Source: a virus
Lineage: Duplodnaviria > Caudoviricetes
Virus record (IMG/VR): IMGVR_UViG_3300046804_003398
Direction: 5' to 3' (one strand)
DNA: 64,000 nucleotides
Shown here: piece by piece, positions 38,414 through 47,529 of the stretch
How positions within the stretch are numbered: position 1 is the stretch's first letter
Layout: each line of letters begins with the position of its first letter
The notes under the pieces: generated by a model
Database searches by the model: none
What the model saw: only the letters and a program-made list of their open reading frames with translations
What the model was told of the DNA's origin: nothing
Translations under genes and position numbers: made by a program

Positions 38414-39736
38414 ATGAGTAAACCACTATGTTTAATTTCTGGTCCAGTCTTCAACCGTAGCGGATACGGTGATTGGGCGACAGCTGTTGCTAAGAGCATC
38501 GTTCGATATGATAAATACGATGTAAAGATTGCACCTACACGTTGGGGTAATTGTCAACCAAAGCGTTATATCGAAGAACTAACAGATCCAGAAGATAGAA
38601 ACCTCACCACGAAGTTTCTGTTGCAACCTCTTCAAAAGCAACCAGATCTGTTTATTCAATTAAGTATTCCAAACGAGTTTCAACGTGTGGGTAAATACAA
38701 CATTGGTATGACCGCTGGTATTGAAACCACAGTCGCATCTGGTGAGTTCATTGAAGGTGTGAATAGAACCGATTTGACCATCGCATTGTCTAAACATTCC
38801 AAGGATGTGTTGGAAAACACCAAGATGTTGAAACAAACTCCAGATGGCAAGCGTGAAGAAATTGCGGTCAAGAAGCCAATCGAAGTATGCTTCTGGGGAG
38901 CTGACACTCGTATCTTCAAGAAGACTGATGAACGAGTTGCAACTGTTGATGAAGCACTCGACGATATCAAGGAAGACTTTGCTTACTTGTTTGTTGGTCA
39001 GTGGACTCACAGTGGATTGTTTGCGGATCGTAAGGATATTGCAAATCTAGTCAAGACCTTCTGTGAAGCATTTAACAACAACTCACCGAATAAGCCATGT
39101 TTGATCCTCAAGACTTCGGGTGTTGGATTCTCGACTGTTGATAGGTTTGAGATCCTAAACAATATCAATAAGATCACCTCATCATTTGAAGGTCAAGTTC
39201 CTAATGTATATCTGTTGCATGGTGAGTTGACTGAGGTAGAAATGAATGCATTGTTCAATCATCCAAAGGTTAAGGTTCATATTTCATTTACTCATGGTGA
39301 AGGATATGGTCACCCATTGTTGTTACAGACACTCAGTGGTAAGCCAGTTCTTGCTCCAGACTGGAGTGGTCACCTCGACTTCATGAATCCAAAGTATGCT
39401 ACACTACTTCAAGGTCAATTGGTTGATGTAGATAAGAAGTCCGTCAATCAGTGGATTATCAAGGACAGTAAGTGGTTTAGAGTATCTTATGGTCTGGCTG
39501 AAACCAAGATGAAGGAGATCTTTAATAGTAGACCAAAGAAGATATTTGAAAACGCAGAACTTCTTCGTCAAGAAAATGCTGAGAAGTTTAGCATGGATGC
39601 CATGGACAAGAAACTGTGGTCTATACTGGATCAGTATGTTCCTAAGTTTGCTGTTGAGAATCAATTTGTGCTTCCAAAGTTCACTAAGTCAACGGGTGAC
39701 TCATTGGCGGCTGGACTACCCACTTTGAAGATCTAA
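38414..39736 (+). CDS. GT4-like glycosyltransferase
   Basis: RSGYGD, TAGIET, FVGQW, RKDI, GEGYGHPLL. Confidence 0.8.
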   Translation: MSKPLCLISGPVFNRSGYGDWATAVAKSIVRYDKYDVKIAPTRWGNCQPKRYIEELTDPEDRNLTTKFLLQPLQKQPDLFIQLSIPNEFQRVGKYNIGMTAGIETTVASGEFIEGVNRTDLTIALSKHSKDVLENTKMLKQTPDGKREEIAVKKPIEVCFWGADTRIFKKTDERVATVDEALDDIKEDFAYLFVGQWTHSGLFADRKDIANLVKTFCEAFNNNSPNKPCLILKTSGVGFSTVDRFEILNNINKITSSFEGQVPNVYLLHGELTEVEMNALFNHPKVKVHISFTHGEGYGHPLLLQTLSGKPVLAPDWSGHLDFMNPKYATLLQGQLVDVDKKSVNQWIIKDSKWFRVSYGLAETKMKEIFNSRPKKIFENAELLRQENAEKFSMDAMDKKLWSILDQYVPKFAVENQFVLPKFTKSTGDSLAAGLPTLKI

Positions 39737-39737
39737 C

Positions 39738-40379
39738 ATGTTTCTTTCATACTTAATTACTACCCATAACGAAACGACCAGCTTGGATAAGTTGTTGTCC
39801 AAGCTGGTTTCTTCCCTCAAACCAAACCAAGAAATTGTTGTGATTGATGATCACTCAACCAATCCAGATACACTGGCAGTGTTTGAGAAGTATCAAAACT
39901 CTATACAACTACGTCTTCATAGATTGGACAACAACTACGGAGCACAAAAGAACTTTGGTATTGACTCTTGTAGAGGTGAGTGGATATTCCAACTTGACGG
40001 TGACGAATATCCTACGGATGCTTTGTTGGAACATATTGAAATATTGATCAAACAAAATGATGTCAATGATGTCATTTGGTTGCCAAGATGCAATAATTTC
40101 ACGGGTGTAACTCAAGCTGACATCGATATGTGGGGTTGGCGTATGGTTGATGGTATGGTAAACTTCCCAGACTATCAGTCACGGTTGTATAAGAGAAAAC
40201 CAAACATTCGTTACAAGAAACGTTTGCATGAACGAGTTGAAGGTTATGATAGTTATACCATCATTCCTCCTCAAAAGGAATATGCAATTGTTCATGAAAA
40301 GACGATTGAAAAACAACGTGAGAGTAATGATCGGTATATGAAGAACTTTACTGTTGAGGAAAATCTGGGAACTCCATAA
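39738..40379 (+). CDS. GT2 glycosyltransferase
   Basis: SYLITTHNE, IDDHST, KNFG, WIFQLDGDE, PDYQSRLY, LHE. Confidence 0.9.
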   Translation: MFLSYLITTHNETTSLDKLLSKLVSSLKPNQEIVVIDDHSTNPDTLAVFEKYQNSIQLRLHRLDNNYGAQKNFGIDSCRGEWIFQLDGDEYPTDALLEHIEILIKQNDVNDVIWLPRCNNFTGVTQADIDMWGWRMVDGMVNFPDYQSRLYKRKPNIRYKKRLHERVEGYDSYTIIPPQKEYAIVHEKTIEKQRESNDRYMKNFTVEENLGTP

Positions 40380-41352
40380 CATGAGAACTTGTTTTATCAG
40401 TCCAATCAACATAAACGGAAAGGTTCCACGAAACTTCAACAACTTGAGTGTTGTGGTGTCTTGGCCGGTTGCATCCGATTCTGATATCATCAACGTCTTT
40501 GGTTTGGCACAATCTGATCCCCAATCCTTACAACAACAGTATGATATTGGTGTGATAATCCTACCCAAGGACATTTCACAACTCAATCTTGAAACTCTTC
40601 TTGTTAATGCTAAAAAGTTGTGTAAGAAGGTTGGTCATATGCAAGAGGGTAGTCATTGGTATTATCAAGATTACAAGTATGTGGATCAAATCAGATATTT
40701 GAACTTTGTTGGATCTATGGATATACTGTTTGCTCATAGTAAAACAGATGTTCCATATTACAGTGGTATATACAAAAAGAAAACGTATACCATTCAAACT
40801 CTGATTGTGGATGATGGATTACGTGCGAAGAACATTACCCCAGAAAGTAATGGTGAAGTTATTATTGGTGGTAACTTCTGTAGTTGGTATAGTGGAATTG
40901 ATAGTTACTTTGTTGCACGTAACTTCAACAAACCTATTTGGGTTCCAAGTATGGGTAGACGTATTGAAAATGAAGAACATACTCCAAACCTAAACCATTT
41001 GCCATTCTTGGAGTGGACTGATTGGATGATTGCCTTGTCCAAGTTTAGTTATGGTGTTCATTTGATGAGACCCAGAGTTGCTGGAACGTTTGCATTGAAT
41101 TGTTCTTATTGGGGTATACCATGTATTGGATATAAAGGATTGGATACTCAACAAATTCTACACCCAGATCTCAGTGTTGATACTGGAGACATTGAAAGTG
41201 CTAATAAGTTGGCAATCCAACTACGTGATGATAAAGATTTTTACAACCAATGTGTTGATGTTACCAAATCGAATTATCAAAAATATTACACCGAACAAGT
41301 TTGGTTGAAACAATGGAGAGAAATGTGCAATGATATTTTGGCGAATTCTTAA
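40354..41352 (+). CDS. GT-B-like protein; likely start 40381
   Basis: IGGNF..WY.G, GTFALNCSYWGIPCIGY resembles a GT-B C-terminal domain. Confidence 0.5.
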   Translation: MRKIWELHNMRTCFISPININGKVPRNFNNLSVVVSWPVASDSDIINVFGLAQSDPQSLQQQYDIGVIILPKDISQLNLETLLVNAKKLCKKVGHMQEGSHWYYQDYKYVDQIRYLNFVGSMDILFAHSKTDVPYYSGIYKKKTYTIQTLIVDDGLRAKNITPESNGEVIIGGNFCSWYSGIDSYFVARNFNKPIWVPSMGRRIENEEHTPNLNHLPFLEWTDWMIALSKFSYGVHLMRPRVAGTFALNCSYWGIPCIGYKGLDTQQILHPDLSVDTGDIESANKLAIQLRDDKDFYNQCVDVTKSNYQKYYTEQVWLKQWREMCNDILANS

Positions 41353-42196
41353 CGATAAACGAGTGAATGTATATGAATGTGAAGCTTTGGGATTTCCTCA
41401 AAGTGATGCTAGATTCATTCCCGATGACTATTTGGCAAAACAAAAGTTCGTTATTCTCAGAACATGTTTTGGTATTGGTGATTGGGGTATCATCTCAGCA
41501 CTTCCCCGTAAACTAAAACGAAAGTATCCAGATTGTAAAGTTTACCTACCATCTGAGGCTTTGTTGTTCAAATTGTTCTCAGACATTCTAAGTCCGTCTG
41601 CTCTGACCAACAAACCATTTGGTGTAGTCAAAGACATCTTTGCAAATAATCCTTATGTGGACGGTTATGTTGATACTTGTGAGGGTGACATCTTCCACGA
41701 TCACTACAGAATTTATAATCCAGAATTGCCCGACGAACCTCTTGCCAAACAAATGTTGAAGTTCTGGCAATTCAGAGATCATGAATTGGATGATGTCTTG
41801 CCAGAATTGTATTTTAGCAAATCAGAGATTGGTTTGGGTGATAAAATCATTAATGGGTTTACTGGTGACAAGCCATTTGGAACATTGTTGTTGTCGAACC
41901 GTTATGACTATCAATCAGATGAAAAGTTGTTGAAATACATCAATCTGTATGATTTGCCATATTACTACTGGACATCAAAACCAATAGAACTCACAAGGTT
42001 TGCTAATATAAACAAGGTATTGGACATGAGTATGTTACCTCTACGTATTCAGTTTTACATAAAAACCCGAGCACTTGTCAATATTGGAAACCAAAGCGGT
42101 ATGAATGATACTATTGCGAAGTATACCAAGAACATTACGCTTCAAAGACAATTTCCATTAGGAGGTAATTTTGTTGAAGCAACGCAATACATCTAA
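41330..42196 (+). CDS. GT9 (heptosyltransferase-like) glycosyltransferase
   Basis: GIGD.....ALPRKLKRKYPD, NNPYVD, IGNQSG. Confidence 0.65.
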   Translation: MIFWRILNDKRVNVYECEALGFPQSDARFIPDDYLAKQKFVILRTCFGIGDWGIISALPRKLKRKYPDCKVYLPSEALLFKLFSDILSPSALTNKPFGVVKDIFANNPYVDGYVDTCEGDIFHDHYRIYNPELPDEPLAKQMLKFWQFRDHELDDVLPELYFSKSEIGLGDKIINGFTGDKPFGTLLLSNRYDYQSDEKLLKYINLYDLPYYYWTSKPIELTRFANINKVLDMSMLPLRIQFYIKTRALVNIGNQSGMNDTIAKYTKNITLQRQFPLGGNFVEATQYI

Positions 42197-42220
42197 AGTA
42201 TAAAAATCTATATATACCAT

Positions 42221-43423
42221 ATGAATATTAGTTTTATCATTCCGTCACGAAACAACCTAAAATACCTCAAGTGGGCGTATGCGTCTTTGAGAAAAAATCT
42301 AAGTCACAAACAGCATGAAGTTTGTGTTGCAGATGATTTTAGTGATGATGGAACGTCTGATTGGTGTAAGCAAACTGCCGAAAACGATCCTCATTTTAAG
42401 TTCATTCGCAATGATGGTCCAACCCGTCTAGGTCACACAATTTTATATGACCGTTTGATCAACGAAGTTGCCACCAACGATGTGGTCATGATTTACCATG
42501 CCGACATGTATGCGTGTCCAAATTTTGACAAACACATTGAGAAATATATTCAACCAGGCACAGTTGTGAGTTTGACCCGAATTGAACCACCTCTTCATCC
42601 TCCAGGTCCAGAAAAGATTGTGATGGATTTTGGAACCGAACCAGAGTTGTTCATCGAAGAGAACTTCTTGAAGTGGTTCAATGAAAGTAAGATCAGCCGT
42701 CGTGACAAAACCACTGAGGGTATATTCGCACCATGGGCTCTTTACAAGAAGGACTTTCAATCAATTGGTGGTCACGATCCACTTTATGCTCCTCAAAGCA
42801 AAGAAGACAGCGACATCTTCAATCGTTTTCAATTGAACGGTTACAAGTTTGTTCAAACATGGGAAGGATGTGTATATCACATGACATGTCGTGGCAGTCG
42901 ATACAATCCTACTCTAACTACCGTTGGTAAGGAAAGCGATGAGTGGTTGGCTCAGAACAACAAGAGTGCCAGAAACTTTATTCGTAAGTGGGGTCACTTT
43001 GTAAAACACACAGATACCATGAAGCCTATTGTGCCTAAACGTTATGATGTTGGGTTTGTGGCAATCAACTGTGATGAATACAGATTGATGTTGTTGGAAC
43101 CATGGTGTGATACAATCTACACGGATGTTCCATATGATCGTTATATTCAGGCTGAACAAAAGAATACCAAGTTCAATCTCAAGAAGAAATTGAAGAGATA
43201 TGAGGATCAAAAGACAAACGATGTGATCGTTGAGTTTGATGCATCTAAGTTATCCACACAGAACTTTGAGTTTTTCAACATGCTTCAATTGATGTTAGAA
43301 GATAGTGGTGCTGTAGGCAGCGTAGAGTTTGACATTTTCAAGTTAAAAATAAATAACTTAAAAGATTATGGTCAAGGATTGATAGATATTAATGATAAGT
43401 GGTATTTAGAAAAACTAGTATGA
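42221..43423 (+). CDS. GT2 glycosyltransferase
   Basis: FIIPSRNN, ADDFSDDG, HADM, EDSDIFNRF, VYH. Confidence 0.9.
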   Translation: MNISFIIPSRNNLKYLKWAYASLRKNLSHKQHEVCVADDFSDDGTSDWCKQTAENDPHFKFIRNDGPTRLGHTILYDRLINEVATNDVVMIYHADMYACPNFDKHIEKYIQPGTVVSLTRIEPPLHPPGPEKIVMDFGTEPELFIEENFLKWFNESKISRRDKTTEGIFAPWALYKKDFQSIGGHDPLYAPQSKEDSDIFNRFQLNGYKFVQTWEGCVYHMTCRGSRYNPTLTTVGKESDEWLAQNNKSARNFIRKWGHFVKHTDTMKPIVPKRYDVGFVAINCDEYRLMLLEPWCDTIYTDVPYDRYIQAEQKNTKFNLKKKLKRYEDQKTNDVIVEFDASKLSTQNFEFFNMLQLMLEDSGAVGSVEFDIFKLKINNLKDYGQGLIDINDKWYLEKLV

Positions 43424-44217
43424 ATAAAGTATCAATAGGAATTATTGGTTATGGATATGTAGGAAAAGCGTTTCATAACTTTTTCAAAGGTCATTATGAT
43501 GTAAAGATATATGATCCAGCACTTGCAAATTCATCTACGAAGGATGATATCAATAAGTGTGATCTTGCTGTAATTTGTGTTCCAACTCCAGAAAACGAAG
43601 ACGGTAGTTGTAACACCACTATTGTGGAACAAACGGTTCAGTGGGTAAATACTCCATTGATTCTTTTGAAGTCTACCGTAGAAATTGGAACCACAGATCG
43701 TCTCATAAAGACCTATAATAAAGATATTGTGTTTAGTCCAGAGTTTGCAGGTGAATCAAAGTATTGGACACCCGATGGATTTACTACCGATGTTAAACAA
43801 ACTCCGTTCTTTATTTTTGGTGGTAAGAAGGAATTGTGTTATAAATTGATTGAAATTTATACGCCAATTACAGGTCCAAGCAAAACCTATAGAGTAACTG
43901 ATCCTATCAATGCCGAACTCGCAAAGTATATCACCAATACGCAGTTGGCAATGAAGGTAGCATATTGTAATGAGATCTATGACCTTTGTGAGAAGTTGGG
44001 CACCAACTATTATGAAGTTCGTGATCTGTGGTTATTGGACCCTAGAACTACCAAATCACATACAGCCGTGTTTACTGGTGAACGTGGTTTTGGTGGTAAG
44101 TGCTTTCCAAAAGATACAAAGGCTTTGGTTAAGTTGGGTGACAAGGTTGGTGTTGACCTAGCAATACTAAAGAGTGTATTAGATAGTAATGAAAAACAAC
44201 TAAACAAAAACGTATGA
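43399..44217 (+). CDS. UDP-glucose/GDP-mannose dehydrogenase-like protein lacking the C-terminal domain; likely start 43420
   Basis: GYGYVG, CVPTP, KSTV..GT, SPEF, ELAKY..N...K....NE, GFGGKCFPKD; ends about 25 aa after the catalytic Cys. Confidence 0.85.
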   Translation: MVFRKTSMNKVSIGIIGYGYVGKAFHNFFKGHYDVKIYDPALANSSTKDDINKCDLAVICVPTPENEDGSCNTTIVEQTVQWVNTPLILLKSTVEIGTTDRLIKTYNKDIVFSPEFAGESKYWTPDGFTTDVKQTPFFIFGGKKELCYKLIEIYTPITGPSKTYRVTDPINAELAKYITNTQLAMKVAYCNEIYDLCEKLGTNYYEVRDLWLLDPRTTKSHTAVFTGERGFGGKCFPKDTKALVKLGDKVGVDLAILKSVLDSNEKQLNKNV

Positions 44218-44591
44218 ATCTAGCAGACCTCGACATTCCTCTAATTTTCTGGATATCATTTATACTAATCGTGTGGTTTGAAAGTGATATCATGACCACC
44301 ATTGCTAACTTAACAAACACTCGTAGTTTGATTAGAATTGATGAGTTCTTAAAGTATAAATTAGAAGTTGATGTGATGTCTAACTATCCTACGTTTTTGT
44401 ATAGTAAATACCCAAGTTACTTTACAAAGCTAATATCATGTCCAATTTGTTTATGTTTCTGGTCAACATTGGTAACAGTGAGCTTATTGGTATATGCAGT
44501 TGGTCATCATGAAATATACACGCTGTTGTTGTTTCCAATCAACTATGTGTCCAGTTTGTTTATCTATTTAATTATACGTAAGCTACTATGA
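44214..44591 (+). CDS. membrane protein with CxxC motif (DUF1360-like)
   Basis: Hydrophobic segments; LISCPICLCFW. Confidence 0.55.
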   Translation: MNLADLDIPLIFWISFILIVWFESDIMTTIANLTNTRSLIRIDEFLKYKLEVDVMSNYPTFLYSKYPSYFTKLISCPICLCFWSTLVTVSLLVYAVGHHEIYTLLLFPINYVSSLFIYLIIRKLL

Positions 44592-44869
44592 TTATTGGTG
44601 ACTATCAATCGTTTTATAACTTAATCAAAGGTGACCCAAACCAAATTGCAATTAGTTTGGGTGAATGCATTGACGGATTGTCAAGAATCTGTTCGTGCAA
44701 CAAAAGCAGAAAACAAGCAAAAGCTCAAGAGTGTAACGAACTTTATGTTAAGTTTGTGAAGAACAACCAAAACACTTTGGCTGACTATATGCGCAATAAA
44801 ACAAATGATGCGGAAATAGTTTTTAACCATAACTCGCATCATCCGATTTTGAAATTGAAACTACGTTAG
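44588..44869 (+). CDS. hypothetical protein
   Basis: ATGA-coupled 93-aa ORF with a CSC motif. Confidence 0.6.
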   Translation: MIIGDYQSFYNLIKGDPNQIAISLGECIDGLSRICSCNKSRKQAKAQECNELYVKFVKNNQNTLADYMRNKTNDAEIVFNHNSHHPILKLKLR

Positions 44870-45528
44870 ATTACAGACTTAGTTACAATCTTCATTGAAA
44901 TCAAAGCATCCTCGACATGTTTTCTGATGTAAGGACACTCCAATAACTGTTCCTTGGTTGTGTATTTCTCCGACATATCTTCCCATTCAAAAGCATAATC
45001 GGCACGTTTCATCACCTTGGGATTATTAAGCATCTCATGTTCATTAGGAGCTGCTTCGTAAATCTTAACTGCTTTTGATGTGGTGACTCTACGTTTGGAT
45101 GGAGCTGGACCCATCTTGAATCGGGTAACATGAACCAACTTGCCTGCCATCTTGAATTGAAGCCAAGTGCATTCATCTTCTGGATAATGATCATATCTGA
45201 TATCGGTGATAAAGAATACATCTGCCTTTGACTTGGCAATGTGCTTTTCCACCTTTTGAGTCCAATACTTACCTTCACTGGTCTTTCTCATCACATCACC
45301 ATATGCAACGAGGAGTGGACGAATGATGGTCTTCTGTGCGGTATCTTCTGTGAATACATCAATACCTGTCTTTTTGAAAATAAGATCCTTGAGATCACTC
45401 TTCAATTCATAAGCAAGAGCATGACGCTCTGTCTTGAGTTTATATTGTTTTTCAAGAATGTCTTGTGCGACAGTTGTAAACAAATCTTTTCCGCTTCTGG
45501 CCATGCCTGATACACCTATAACTTTCAT
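44866..45528 (-). CDS. deoxynucleoside monophosphate kinase-like P-loop protein
   Basis: GVSGMARSGKD, LKSDL, RPLL..YG..MR, ITDIRY...E. Confidence 0.75.
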   Translation of the reverse strand: MKVIGVSGMARSGKDLFTTVAQDILEKQYKLKTERHALAYELKSDLKDLIFKKTGIDVFTEDTAQKTIIRPLLVAYGDVMRKTSEGKYWTQKVEKHIAKSKADVFFITDIRYDHYPEDECTWLQFKMAGKLVHVTRFKMGPAPSKRRVTTSKAVKIYEAAPNEHEMLNNPKVMKRADYAFEWEDMSEKYTTKEQLLECPYIRKHVEDALISMKIVTKSVI

Positions 45529-45532
45529 AATA

Positions 45533-46030
45533 TTAATCCTTGGTAAATAGTTCTTCTACTTCTGTTTGTGAATATCCGAAAGATGCGACCAACGTTTGCA
45601 ATTCCTTGATACCATCTTCGGTCGAAATAAGTAGGTTGTAGTAATCTTTGGAATCACGACTACCAACATTAAATTTTCTACAGATGCAATCTATAATTGT
45701 TTGGTTGGGATCTTTTGTAGACTTCTTGATATATGGATAAAACTTGAAATCCTTGGGTAGACACTGAATCAACAATGTATACATTTGCTTCTCAGGCAAT
45801 ACCTCCATGTATTTTGATATCAAAGATATTTCTTCGATGACATTTGGGTCCATGCTCAAGACTCTCAGAATCATGTATTTACTGAAAGACTTTTGTTCAC
45901 TTTCAGTCAATGACTCATAATAATCTGGACTTTGAACTTGACGGATATGTTTAACGTGGTCAAACAATCCTTTACTCTTTACTACGGTCTCTTCGTTGTT
46001 GGAAGCTTTGCCTTTTCGTTTCATTGCCAT
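45533..46030 (-). CDS. gp62: clamp loader small subunit (T4 gp62-like)
   Basis: LFDH..HI, FSKYMILRVLSM, LPK..FYPYIK. Confidence 0.7.
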   Translation of the reverse strand: MAMKRKGKASNNEETVVKSKGLFDHVKHIRQVQSPDYYESLTESEQKSFSKYMILRVLSMDPNVIEEISLISKYMEVLPEKQMYTLLIQCLPKDFKFYPYIKKSTKDPNQTIIDCICRKFNVGSRDSKDYYNLLISTEDGIKELQTLVASFGYSQTEVEELFTKD

Positions 46031-46268
46031 ACATTCTAATACGTCGCTTCAGTTCTTCAAGATCTTTTATGACCTTGACTCGTTCACCAGACAACAATTC
46101 AAATGCTTCAGTTATTGTAGTGAATAATTTGTCTGATTCGCTCTTCGTATCTTCCAGATTTTGTTTAAGATTGTTGATTTGTTTACGAAGACTGGTATAA
46201 AGAAAAAATGTGGCTGCTATCGACAGCAGCCACATTCCAACAATCAATATTGTTGTTCCTAATGTCAT
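45972..46268 (-). CDS. N-terminally membrane-anchored coiled-coil protein
   Basis: Transmembrane segment ILIVGMWLLSIAATFFLY followed by a heptad-rich helix. Confidence 0.6.
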   Translation of the reverse strand: MTLGTTILIVGMWLLSIAATFFLYTSLRKQINNLKQNLEDTKSESDKLFTTITEAFELLSGERVKVIKDLEELKRRIRMYGNETKRQSFQQRRDRSKE

Positions 46269-46271
46269 TGA

Positions 46272-46475
46272 TTAGGCCTTGTAACCAGCAGCGAGAACCT
46301 CACGGAGAGCCTTGATCTGACGACCGTTCAAATCGAGGCGGGTATCACCAGCACGAAGGGTCAAACGAGCCGCCTTCTTGGCGCCAGCAACTGGAGTGGA
46401 GAGATAGAGCTCAACACCAGTGGTATTGTGGCCGACGAAGTTAGTCTTGTTACGAGCATTCTTACGAGTATACAT
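46272..46475 (-). CDS. small basic protein, probably highly expressed
   Basis: 67 aa rich in K/R; strong promoter, A-rich leader and AAGGA SD; GC-richer codons than its neighbours. Confidence 0.7.
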   Translation of the reverse strand: MYTRKNARNKTNFVGHNTTGVELYLSTPVAGAKKAARLTLRAGDTRLDLNGRQIKALREVLAAGYKA

Positions 46476-46539
46476 ATTTATTTTCCTTTTTATTTGTTTT
46501 TGTTTTTTTGTTTCGTTAGTTCATCACCAACTTGTAATT

Positions 46540-46567
46540 ATCTTACCACACGTTCTTAGGAAGTCAA
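46540..46567 (-). promoter_or_regulatory. early-type sigma70 promoter with GTGG-extended -10
   Basis: TTGACT-16-(gtgtgg)TAAGAT. Confidence 0.65.
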
Positions 46568-46582
46568 CAACATCTACTTCTT

Positions 46583-47494
46583 TTATTTTTGGATGTTGCT
46601 TTCGAAGTATTCAATCGCATAGTCCTTTGCTTTGAACTCAAAGTCCAAGTCAATGTCCTCGCCAACAAATTCTTCGGGAAACTTGGTAGGATAGTCCGCA
46701 TGCGCACGAGGATTACGGTTTTTGACATCATTATCACTGAAATGAAACAACGGAACATGACTACCCCATGTAGATTTTGCCATTTTAACTGCATTTTTAG
46801 CAGTCAGACCACCAGTATTACACTGAAAATGTAAATTGTCATATGTAATTGGAATCCCAGTTTCTTGATAAATGTAGTTATACAGCTGGTCAACATTCCA
46901 ACTATTGGGTTTGTCTTCGTTCTCCAATACCAAACGACTCTTAACACCCTCAGGAAGCTGTCTAAACACCTCTATAAACCGTTTTGCCGTGGCTTTGAGG
47001 TCTCCCTTATAACAGTTCATGTGGATGTTTATAGGCGCATTATACGAACGAGGAAGACCCAACCGATCCATAATATCGGCATGATAGGTCAATTCCACAA
47101 TAGATTTCTGTGCCACAGACTCATTTGCACTGGCTGGAACCACAAACTGGTCAGGATGAGTGCTACAACGAATATTACTATTTTTGATAAGAATAGCACA
47201 TTCATGAAATGCTTGATCGATTTTATCTTTATTTGGAAGACAATCAAATGATAGATTTGCTTCGGGTAGAGTTTTTAGAGGAAATAGATCGCTACTTACA
47301 CGATAATTCCATCCTTTATCAATACAATACTTGATAGTTTCTTTTGTAACATTAACGTTGTTTAATACACGTTTGCTAAGAATTTCAAGTGAATCGACAC
47401 GTTCAAGTGCAAGAAACCGTGATTTTGTCATGGTATTTGCTTTGAAACCACGTTCTTGGAGTTTAAGGGATATGCAACACAAACTTTTTCTCAT
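46583..47494 (-). CDS. uvsE: UV damage endonuclease
   Basis: YRVSSDLFP, HPDQF, LENED, DNLH, PLFHFS, AHADY, EFKAKD. Confidence 0.93.
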   Translation of the reverse strand: MRKSLCCISLKLQERGFKANTMTKSRFLALERVDSLEILSKRVLNNVNVTKETIKYCIDKGWNYRVSSDLFPLKTLPEANLSFDCLPNKDKIDQAFHECAILIKNSNIRCSTHPDQFVVPASANESVAQKSIVELTYHADIMDRLGLPRSYNAPINIHMNCYKGDLKATAKRFIEVFRQLPEGVKSRLVLENEDKPNSWNVDQLYNYIYQETGIPITYDNLHFQCNTGGLTAKNAVKMAKSTWGSHVPLFHFSDNDVKNRNPRAHADYPTKFPEEFVGEDIDLDFEFKAKDYAIEYFESNIQK

Positions 47495-47501
47495 GGTTGT
47501 T

Positions 47502-47529
47502 ATTATACCACGAGCAAGTGTGAAGTCAA
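47502..47529 (-). promoter_or_regulatory. early-type sigma70 promoter (leaderless-type) for uvsE
   Basis: TTGACT-16-(gtgg)TATAAT-7 nt-ATG. Confidence 0.7.

Noticed and set aside
46476-46520. T-rich tract as a tRNA, ncRNA or microsatellite
   Set aside because: Best explained as the A-rich leader of the 67-aa gene on the minus strand; no cloverleaf seen anywhere in the window
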